Below are positions 1 through 9,100 of a stretch of 47,606 nucleotides of DNA, piece by piece. The stretch is taken from positions 1-47,606 of the forward strand of contig CAVQFA010000001.1 of NCBI GenBank assembly GCA_963711735.1. Direction: 5' to 3'. The notes under the pieces are model-generated. The model was not told the origin of the DNA and made no database searches. It was given only the letters and a program-made list of their open reading frames with translations. This DNA comes from Candidatus Gottesmanbacteria bacterium. Lineage in GTDB: Bacteria; Patescibacteriota; Microgenomatia; UBA10105; UBA927. Position 1 is the stretch's first letter, and the number at the start of each line of letters is the position of its first letter. The translations under genes were made by a program, and so were the position numbers.

Positions 1-863
1 TATTCAAGTAAGGGAGAAGATGTCGAATCAACACCAACCACAGAGACTCCCAAACAAACAACGACAACAAACAGTCTCTTCTCCCCGACGGAGTCACGGT
101 TGGGTTTGTCGGCAGGATCAAACGGTTCGGAGGACTCACCGGGAAGGGGGTACAGCCAATCCACGCGGTAATTGCCAGAAAAGGCCAGATGGTTGCCATT
201 GCCTCCGCAGACCCATCCAAGGGAACAGTCAGGGTGAACGGAGTGGAAGCAAGACGCCGGTGGAATACTTCTGTCAGCAGGTGACATAGTGGAGATCGGG
301 GATTTGACATTTGCAGTCACAGAGAAGAACGGTGCGATAGGGTTTACGGATGACGAGGGGTACCCCTGTTCGCGTGAAAGGAAATACAAATTATCAGGCA
401 GATACGGCAGAGAGAGCACCAGCGTACGCAGGCATTGCCGCAGGACTCGGGCACGTGCGATCGGCGCAGGCATGGGTGCCGCAGCAGGGGTTTGGTTAGG
501 CGGATTTCCTACTGTTATCGGCATTGTCATCGGACAACTCCCCGCAGTGTATAACCGGACATACCGTTCCTCTTATGCTCTGGCAGCAAACCCGCAATGC
601 TCCAAAACTCCGTTGTTGAGTGCTGATATATTTACAACCGAACCGACAGGTTCCATGGGGGAGAGGCAGAGACTCTTCGAGATTATAGAACCAGCAAAGG
701 CGGAAGACAGCCCATCCGAACAGAGACAGAGGCTCCGCACCAGTAGTACCCGTCAAGCCGGCGTCTGAATCTGCGGTAGCTTCTACAGTTACGACACCCC
801 TACCAAAAGATATCACTTTACGTAAAGGGATCGATTATGAATTAACAGAAAAATTATCCGGCG
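1..863 (+). pseudogene. Decayed upstream part of the left-arm kinase gene, cut by the window edge. It holds a degenerate FHA-like/TM module copy, a linker and the kinase Gly-rich loop.
   Basis: nt 30-635 align with 2443-3046, the intact module inside the 1158-aa ORF. The upstream copy carries at least six single-nt indels, mostly in short homopolymers, so the frame hops between the 20-289 ORF, the 289-768 ORF and a third frame. nt ~780-893 encode ..TPLPKDITLRKGIDYELTEKLSGGGGRDAAVFK, matching the N-terminus of the right-arm kinase ORF. One extra A in tttaaaaggg (887-896) separates this from the 864-4340 frame. Confidence 0.5.
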
Positions 864-3800
864 GTGGAGGTCGTGACGCCGCTGTATTTAAAAGGGATTT
901 ATAACGGGAAAACAGTTGCAATAAAAGTGTTTCCAAATAATAGACAATATGGTCCGGACAGGGGAATGGAATATAGTATTTTGATATCTTCAAAAGGAGT
1001 TTTATATCCACAACCGATCGCACAAATTCAAATAGTGGATCCTTTGGGAAATGAATACCCTGCGTATGTCATGGAATATATTGACGGACAAACACTCGGT
1101 TTATATAAAGGAACCCTACCTGATGCTGTTATTCAGAATGCTTTAAGTAAATTACAGAACCAAATTGACAGAGGATTGAAAAGGGGTGATATAAAAACTG
1201 ACAATATTATTGTTGTTCAAGACGCAAACGGAAAAGCAACCGGGATAAGATTAATCGATCCTTTACCAATGGCTGCTGACGCCAAAGACCCGGTAGGTAC
1301 ATTACGGGGGATATTAGAAAACTATGCAGAACCTGCAAGAACAATTCAGGAAGAACAAACTGTTAAAAAATCAACTACCAAAACAACTGAAGCTACTACT
1401 AAGACGATTACACAAGAGCCGGTGAAAACAAACGCTCGTTTAATAGCACTTCCGAAATGGATGCAGAATATAAAATCAACCCAATTGGCAAAAAGTATTC
1501 TGAATGTTTTGGACAAAGGAATAGCACTTGGCCACAAAACATGGTATTCGCGCATACTCAACGCAACTCCCATAGGATTTGACAGACCGGAAGCAGTGGG
1601 TATAGGTCAAAATATATTTGAAACTACGGCTTGGTATGTCACCCGACTTTCGCCAATTGTGCCTATATTTATTCGAATACCGCTTCTGGTCTATGATGCC
1701 GCACGGTTTGCACGTACTGCCTATATCCAGCCTGAACTTGTTACACCAATGCTCGTGAGAGGCGCTCTCGCAGGAATTATCAGTGTTGTCGGCGGAATGG
1801 TTATAGCGCCACTGATTGCCCCTGTACTTCTTCCTGCCGGAAATTTGATCAAGATGGTTCAACAATTTCTCGGACCGGGAAATGCATTTATATATAATTT
1901 AACAAATCTTTTGTTCAGCATAACGAACCCTAAAAACGTTGTAACTTTCTTAGCATTTACAACGATATTTCAGTTCCATCCGCTCGCCGGAATATCACAG
2001 GCAATCATTAACCGTCTGCCGGCTGTTATTCCCGTTACCCGTACTGCAAAACCGGAGTCCCGTCCTGTTTCAGGATCCTTACTTTCCAACGTATGGAATA
2101 ATATCTCCACCCGGTTCTCCGGACAATTTACGTCATCCGTTCAGCAACAGGTCCATGACTACTTTTTCGGCGACGAGATAGACGCGGAACTGGAGGCATG
2201 GAGAACGCAAACCGGTCGTCAGGTGCCAAAGCTGGACGGGAATGGCAATCAAATCGGTACGGAGACGGAAGATCAATTTGCATCACGGAGAAGAGAGTAT
2301 AAGGATGCAATGGACGTATGGTATGACGCACCGGACGATGTCAAAGTGAATATTGTAAAAGCTCATTTTTCCAATGTTACGGATCCAAAGTTGGATACCT
2401 ACATCCGTGAAGCGATCGAAGATCAGGATAAAGGAGAGACAACACAAACCACAACGGAACCCAAACAAACAACGACGAACAAACAGTCTCTTCTCCCCGA
2501 CGGAGTCACGGTTGAGTTTGTCGGCAGTAGCAAACGGTTCGGAGGACTTACCGGGAAGGGGATACGGCCAATCCACGCGGTAATTGCCAGAAAAGGCCAG
2601 ATGGTTGCCATTGCCTCCGCAGACCCATCCAAGGGAGCAGTCAGGGTGAACGGAGTGGAAGCAGACGCCGGTGGAATACTTCTGTCAGCAGGTGACATAG
2701 TGGAGATCGGGGATTTGACACTTGCAGTCACAGAGAAGAACGGTGCGATAGGGTTTACGGATGACGAGGGTACCCCTGTTCGCGTGAAAGGGAATACAAA
2801 TTATCAGGCAGATACGGCAGAGAGAGCAGCAGCGTACGCAGGCATTGCCGCAGGACTTCGGGCACGTGCAATCGGCGCAGGCATGGGTGCCGCAGCAGGG
2901 GTTTGGTTAGGCGGACTTCCTACTGTTATCGGCATTGTCATCGGACAACTCCCCGCAGTGTATAACCGGACATCCGTTCCTCTTATGCTCTGGCAGCAAA
3001 CCCGCAATGCTCCCAAAACTCCGTTGTTTAGTGCTGATATATTCACGGCGCCAATTGTTACCGAAGTAAATCAGTCTGCCCCGATTCCGGCAGGGAACGA
3101 AGAAACCTCAAGAAGTATATCAGAGACAAAGCAGGTTCCGAGCGACATGCAAATAGTTTCAGAGATACCTGTACAAACTGAAGCAGAACAGCAAAAGTAC
3201 TCAATTCTACAACTTATGTTCCAATCAGTTAGTGATTGGTTAACAAGTGACGATAATGTGGAAAAAGGTTTTGGAAACGGGCAGGCTTTTACGATGACAA
3301 ACATGTTCTACCGTACCTTAGCACAAAATGCCATTGATGCATTTAATAGAGCGCTGGGAAGACCTGAATATTCTCTCGATACACCTATGTCTGAATTAGG
3401 TCAGACAGCATTGACCGTATTAGAAACTCTATTTACCAAGGACGGGATTGTGTTTTTCGGTGAAAAAAACACTATAGAGTTTGATCATCCGCAAAAATTT
3501 ATAACTGATCTCTTTTCCGCACAAAAATTGTTCTACAACAGTAAGGGTGTGCGTGTTTCAGTTGAGGAATATATTCAGGATCGATATAAAAATCTGATCA
3601 ACAGAGGTATGAGTATACAACTTCAGGATTTAGATCCTGAAGTTGTTCTTGAAAAAGTTCGTAATGGAACCTCGTGGGCTGACGCAGAATTTCGAATCCG
3701 TTATCCGGACAGGTATAAGGACTTTCTAAATTCGATGAATTTAGATGAATCCACGATACAAATTCTAAAAGAACAGGGTATACAAATAAGCACCATTGTC

Positions 3801-4340
3801 ATAAAGACGGTGGAGGGAAGAGAATACTTTATCCCGATTCTCAACAACCCAATGAAATTACAGGGAGCTTATGGGGTATTTGCCCATTATGATTCACCAT
3901 CTGATGGGCTTATGGATGCCGGGTGGGTAAATATTAAAGCAAGTAGCATTTATGATCCTTCAGACGGAAAAACGAATTTCCTTGATGCCTTTTCAACCAT
4001 ATTCCACGAGATTGATCACTCAATATACCGTGCAAGCACCACATCCAGGTTCCGGCATATATTTCAGGAACGTAATTCCCAAGAACGGGAATTATCACAA
4101 TTGGTTAATGATGCACTTCAGAAATCAGATTCCATCGATATGTCAATATTATCCAGCAGATATAACGCTTTATTGCGTATACGCGATGACATTTTTGCCT
4201 TCCGACCAGATAATAGTTCTGCACAACTGGAAAATAACGCACAAGAACAAAGAAATACAGCTGAAATTATTTCTATCAGAGAGCTGATAGTCAATACTGC
4301 ATTTGGTTATCAATCAGCAGAAGCAAAAAGAATTCATTAG
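864..4340 (+). CDS. Multi-domain membrane protein: protein-kinase-like domain, polytopic hydrophobic block, FHA-like module, TM helix, and a C-terminal region with an HExxH (zincin-like) motif.
   Basis: Uninterrupted 1158-codon ORF with a GTG start in the track; the true N-terminus probably lies in 1-863. Kinase-fold motifs read directly: VAIKVF (beta3 Lys), YVMEYIDG (hinge), RGDIKTDNIIV (catalytic loop) and IRLIDP (DFG equivalent). A hydrophobic block spans nt ~1640-2020. The FHA-like stretch IRPIHAVIARKGQMVAIASADPSKGAVRVNGVEA..LSAGDIVEIGDLTLAV spans 2562-2730. A Gly/Ala-rich TM lies at ~2830-2965, and HEIDH at 4005-4019. Confidence 0.75.
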   Translation: MEVVTPLYLKGIYNGKTVAIKVFPNNRQYGPDRGMEYSILISSKGVLYPQPIAQIQIVDPLGNEYPAYVMEYIDGQTLGLYKGTLPDAVIQNALSKLQNQIDRGLKRGDIKTDNIIVVQDANGKATGIRLIDPLPMAADAKDPVGTLRGILENYAEPARTIQEEQTVKKSTTKTTEATTKTITQEPVKTNARLIALPKWMQNIKSTQLAKSILNVLDKGIALGHKTWYSRILNATPIGFDRPEAVGIGQNIFETTAWYVTRLSPIVPIFIRIPLLVYDAARFARTAYIQPELVTPMLVRGALAGIISVVGGMVIAPLIAPVLLPAGNLIKMVQQFLGPGNAFIYNLTNLLFSITNPKNVVTFLAFTTIFQFHPLAGISQAIINRLPAVIPVTRTAKPESRPVSGSLLSNVWNNISTRFSGQFTSSVQQQVHDYFFGDEIDAELEAWRTQTGRQVPKLDGNGNQIGTETEDQFASRRREYKDAMDVWYDAPDDVKVNIVKAHFSNVTDPKLDTYIREAIEDQDKGETTQTTTEPKQTTTNKQSLLPDGVTVEFVGSSKRFGGLTGKGIRPIHAVIARKGQMVAIASADPSKGAVRVNGVEADAGGILLSAGDIVEIGDLTLAVTEKNGAIGFTDDEGTPVRVKGNTNYQADTAERAAAYAGIAAGLRARAIGAGMGAAAGVWLGGLPTVIGIVIGQLPAVYNRTSVPLMLWQQTRNAPKTPLFSADIFTAPIVTEVNQSAPIPAGNEETSRSISETKQVPSDMQIVSEIPVQTEAEQQKYSILQLMFQSVSDWLTSDDNVEKGFGNGQAFTMTNMFYRTLAQNAIDAFNRALGRPEYSLDTPMSELGQTALTVLETLFTKDGIVFFGEKNTIEFDHPQKFITDLFSAQKLFYNSKGVRVSVEEYIQDRYKNLINRGMSIQLQDLDPEVVLEKVRNGTSWADAEFRIRYPDRYKDFLNSMNLDESTIQILKEQGIQISTIVIKTVEGREYFIPILNNPMKLQGAYGVFAHYDSPSDGLMDAGWVNIKASSIYDPSDGKTNFLDAFSTIFHEIDHSIYRASTTSRFRHIFQERNSQERELSQLVNDALQKSDSIDMSILSSRYNALLRIRDDIFAFRPDNSSAQLENNAQEQRNTAEIISIRELIVNTAFGYQSAEAKRIH
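2443..3046. repeat. Intact copy of a ~600-nt direct repeat (FHA-like/TM module). The degenerate copy is at 30-635.
   Basis: Base-by-base alignment of 30-635 with 2443-3046 shows long identical runs, for example ggccagatggttgccattgcctccgcagacccatccaaggga. These are interrupted by point changes and 1-nt indels. Confidence 0.85.
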
Positions 4341-4361
4341 CTTCAGATATCAACCGAACAA

Positions 4362-6128
4362 TTGTCAAATGAAATAGCATCCATAAAGTTCTATCTGCAA
4401 AATTCATTTTCAATAATTGGTGAGGGGCTTGCACGACGGGCACAACAGGCTTTTCTCACTACACAGACAGAAGGACTGGCCCGCGACGATGCGGAGAGAT
4501 CAAAAAACATCAGGTCAATCGGCACATTTCTCATTAATCATATTCTCTATATGAGAGATAATGCCAGCGAAAGTGTCACAGCCCCGGAGTATGGAATCGG
4601 TTATCTGCTCACACTCGGCGCTATGCAGGATAATTTTGCCGCAAACGACAGAGTTTATATTGACGACCGGCTGTCACAGTATTTCGAAGAAAATAAAGGA
4701 TCGCTCTTCGGCGTTGTTCAGTATTACATTAATACCGTATTTGATGTAGACCGTCTGCTGAATCCGAATGTAACAGATGATGCACGACAGATACGTGATA
4801 AAACTATTCTTCACAGACTGCTGTCGGATCCTAAAATTGCCGGGTTACTGTTTTGGAATGAACTTCATGCTCTTGAAGCACTGGTTGATGAATATTCTTT
4901 ACTTGACAGCGCGGAACAGAAATCCAGAACACAAACATTACGAGATGAACTAATTGCCGGAGGGTATGAGACTGATGTCAATAAAATAGAACTGCAAGTG
5001 AAAACGCAGACAGAATTATATGCAATTTTGTCTAATTATAAAACCTTTGTTATTCCGTTTAGAAATTATGAAAGGAAATTGCTCACAAATGCATATCAGT
5101 TTGATTTTGCTAACAACCTTTCAAAAATTGATTCTTACGTAAATCTGCAGAGAGCTCCTGAAGAAATACAAGCAGACGGGGAGAAATCTCAAACATCCGG
5201 TCTTATCGGTTCCGGACCGGCACAGTGGTTTGAGGACCTGGCAAATGCAACTGTCTACAAATGGTGGCCGGATACCCGTACCCGTGGCACACTTCCAGTA
5301 CTCTTTGATGCAGTACGAAACAGATTGATCGTATCGTGGACTGCTTGGCAAGAGACTCGCGAAATTAACAAGTTGGTAGGATTATTCAAAACTCAAGCAA
5401 AGGGTAATCTCCAGAACGGGATGGTGTTCGAAAATGCCGGAGCGTACTATAGGGTGGTAACTACACCGAATAACCAAGTGTCATTAATCCGCGTATTGCC
5501 AATGCATGTAGGTATGGCTGATTATCAGCGAACAGTAGGAACATACACTAAAAAAGATAGCCCTCAATCTATTAAATTACCAAATAATTATAAAGTACTG
5601 TTTTGGTGGAACGATGCTGAAGACACACTACTGATGAGACCGGAAAACAGTACGCAGGAGGTTGTTCTCACCGATCAGCCGGTGATATTTACCAACGGAC
5701 TTAAAATTTGGCTTGATGCGAATAAACAGATTCAAACGGATTGGTTTACTGATGATATTAAACTAGACAGAGGGCAATCATTGCGTGTTGATTTTGAAGG
5801 AAGAGTAAATTTAGTTAATCAGGCAGTGACGATAGGAAAGACAACAAGTTTACCGAAATTTCAGATTAATGGAGAATATGTTGCTGAACAGGCAATACAG
5901 AAACCGATACAAGTAGGTGATCATATTATTACGACTACAGGAAATCAATACGTTTTGGTTTCCGGTCAGGATGGGTATTATCAATTAGATCATGAGGACG
6001 GAGCCTCTGAAAGGAGACAGACGCAAACGTTTATTAAAACATATATAAACCGGTTTACTGAAGATCTCGAGAATGCGTCTGGAATTTTTACAATATGTCG
6101 TTTCATATCTAAACCTGTCGATCGGTGA
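4362..6128 (+). CDS. Hypothetical protein (588 aa), no recognisable motif.
   Basis: Long ORF with a TTG start in the track and no in-frame ATG nearby. nt 5161-5328 (EEIQADGEKSQTSGLIGSGPAQWFEDLANATVYKWWPDTRTRGTLPVLFDAVRNRL) recur inside the right-arm giant ORF at 39771-39932. Its 3' end overlaps the next ORF by 56 nt out of frame. Confidence 0.6.
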   Translation: MSNEIASIKFYLQNSFSIIGEGLARRAQQAFLTTQTEGLARDDAERSKNIRSIGTFLINHILYMRDNASESVTAPEYGIGYLLTLGAMQDNFAANDRVYIDDRLSQYFEENKGSLFGVVQYYINTVFDVDRLLNPNVTDDARQIRDKTILHRLLSDPKIAGLLFWNELHALEALVDEYSLLDSAEQKSRTQTLRDELIAGGYETDVNKIELQVKTQTELYAILSNYKTFVIPFRNYERKLLTNAYQFDFANNLSKIDSYVNLQRAPEEIQADGEKSQTSGLIGSGPAQWFEDLANATVYKWWPDTRTRGTLPVLFDAVRNRLIVSWTAWQETREINKLVGLFKTQAKGNLQNGMVFENAGAYYRVVTTPNNQVSLIRVLPMHVGMADYQRTVGTYTKKDSPQSIKLPNNYKVLFWWNDAEDTLLMRPENSTQEVVLTDQPVIFTNGLKIWLDANKQIQTDWFTDDIKLDRGQSLRVDFEGRVNLVNQAVTIGKTTSLPKFQINGEYVAEQAIQKPIQVGDHIITTTGNQYVLVSGQDGYYQLDHEDGASERRQTQTFIKTYINRFTEDLENASGIFTICRFISKPVDR

Positions 6129-9100
6129 CACTTTGCTTCAGGAAAAAAGTTCGGATAATGACGTATTTTTAACATATCTCAAGGAACTGCTTCAACTTTC
6201 CGGTAAACCATGGTTACAAGGGACGGAATCACTCAGGGTTTCTCTAAATCCTGTTGAATCCTGGTCAAAGGATACGGCTAAAATACATTTCCTCTTATTC
6301 CATTTCCTCACGGATACATATCCGGATTTTTCATCATATATGGAAAGAACATATGCATCGTATCCGGAACGTCAACTAGACAGACTCCGCTTCGGAGCAA
6401 ACGCAATCCGCTTTTTAAGTGACCATGGAGGGTTAAACGAATTAGGGGAAATCACGTATCTAAAAAATTTAGAAAAAATTATCATGCTCTATGAATCATA
6501 TACAACTATGTCTTCAGAAAAGTTTACGCAATTAGTGAGGACGACGCTTGCGGATTTTGATCCGGATTTGCAGAATGCAGTATTTGCACGTATGAAGCAA
6601 CAGGAACAATACAGTCCGTTTATAACAGATTCATACATTACCAATGGAGGATACGCAAATCCGTACAAGCCGTTTATGTATAACGGCTGGCTTTTGAACA
6701 TCTGTGAAGAAGAAATACAAGGATTCATGACCCAGCGCTTATTCCGACAGGTGACCGATGAAGCCGGAGTTGACACATTTACGAAACACAGACAGGATAT
6801 GCAGGTATTTTGGGACACCGCTTTTCAAGATACAACAATAGTACGGCCGCAATGGTTTACACCATATCTCTATGCAGAAAAAGAAAAATATGATTACACA
6901 TGGCAATATGTAACAAGTGAAAATACATTAGCAAATGCAGCGGGAATGTTCTTTTTACGACAAAGCTTATCACATGAAGTAACAGGGTTTGAGCAAGTTA
7001 TTAATCACGAAGCAGTTCATCAAACCTATTTATCTGAAAATAGTCCGAGAAAATCAAAAGGTTCCGCCTTTATCCATGAAGAGGTGTTAACCGAATTACT
7101 AGCCCAAATGATTACGGATAAATCACAGGAGATACCCCAAAAGGATCAAGGATTTTCTACATATCAGGGAGGGGTAGACGAACTAATTGATATGTCTAAT
7201 GATATTGATACAAAATTGGGTCACGGATCCGCATTTACAGCCATGGTCAGAGGGATGGCTGATTATGGGAACAATCTGATTGATCACCCATTATTATACT
7301 TCGCTCAATCTTATGAATTGACTCGCGGGAGTACGGAGACGGAATTTTATACGCGCATGTCACCGTTCACCGATGATATTTTACGAAGTGACCCCACAAA
7401 TCTTGCAGAAGATGCTTCGTTTGTTGAAGGGGGTAGAACACTTAATCAGGGAATTCCAGATCAACAGACGCAAAATTTAACCGCCCAAGTTATCTCACGT
7501 ATTCCTTCTGATTTAGCAGTGATTAAAGTAACAAATGACGGTTTGAATATCCGAAATTCCGTCCCTCTAACCATCGGAGAGGGGACATTCCAGGTAAATC
7601 TGGAAGGAGCTCTTCCTGTTTTTTCAAAATTAACGACAATAAACCAAAAAGACGGATACATCACGCGGGTAACTGTAAACGATGCAAACGATAAACGTAT
7701 CGGATATATAGATATTGAATTTACCCGTGGAAATCAGAATGTAGAAAACATAGCCAACAAGATTGGTGTAAACATGAGTAAAGTCATCTTTGTATCAGCA
7801 GATGTCCATGTAAATGACGCATATCGGCAACAAGGAATAGCGACGGCGCTCATGGAGTATTCCGAAACGCTTGCAGGTCAACTTCTTTCCGAAACGCGCA
7901 AATACCCGGATATGTATCCTTCTGACATACACATGGTACGGCTCATATTAGACGGAAATTCTACCGATGGATTTACATCAAAATACGCAGAATCTCATGG
8001 GTACCAGACGATCACGACGGGAACGCAATATGTAAAAGAAATACATCCACCGTTATCCCAATCTACCGCTAATCAACCTACAGCAAAGGTTGTATCAAAT
8101 ATCCGCAATACCATACAACAAGCCAGGGAAGGGTTGGATATAACTCAAAAAGCTGACAGGTTGGTTTTCTTCCGGAAAATTCTTACACTAAGCGGGCAAA
8201 AAATCCGAACCGCCGCAGAGCAGAACATAAGTGAAAAAGAAGTGCGTGCACTTGAGAAATCGATAGTACGAAACAATAAGAGTGTAAAAAATATCGAGAT
8301 GATTGTGCGTCCGTTTACCCAGTACCTTCTGGGATTTATCATAGAAGATAATTTTTCCTCACAAGCGGAGAGGAAGCAATGGGAAAATGAGGTTGTCGGA
8401 GAACTGATAAGTATAGACACATCCGATTCATTGGACACCCAATATTTCGAGTATTACAACTCTAACAAGCTTCGTCCTACTCCCAAAGACACCTTTATCT
8501 CAGCATTTGAGATACTCCGGGTTACATTGAAAGTTCCTTTTCCTGAAGAATTTGAAAAGCGGGCAGAGGGGATAAAATCCGTTAATGACAGGGTGAGAAG
8601 AGGGGAAGTACCCATTGAAGAACAGCTCACAAATATCGGGAAATCAAATACATTGGTTTTTGATATCCTGAATTTTCTCAGTATACATAATATTACACCG
8701 GTCAATGCCGTTTCACCAAAACAACCCCAGCAGAATCCATTTACCCGAATTATAAACACGATTACCGGATTTTTGGAAGCGGGACTCGGACAGATACAAA
8801 ACAACATAGTAGTAGAGAAACTCCTGCAGGTGCCGGCCGGCTTACGGGAAACGCCGGGGCGCCTTAACTCTGACGGTTCAATCGAACCGCCGGTGCCTGC
8901 AGAGGATGAAGAGCAGAATCTCACACTCCCAGAGGTGCCTTCGACAGACACAATCATACAGGAGACAGAGAAAGTGCTTTTGGATGAAAATCTGGTTCTC
9001 AAAGGACCTGAAGAGCTGAAACGCAGTCTCCTTATGGAGCTTGGACAACAGCAGTATAACGGCATTATGCTCAAAGTCCTTCCTGCGTTTGACGGGAAAG

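Noticed and set aside
8454-9074. A 206-aa ORF antisense within the 1581-aa gene.
   Set aside because: In the right arm the corresponding antisense frame is broken into short pieces (for example 38224-38454) while the sense frame stays open for 9.3 kb. Only the sense frame is under selection.
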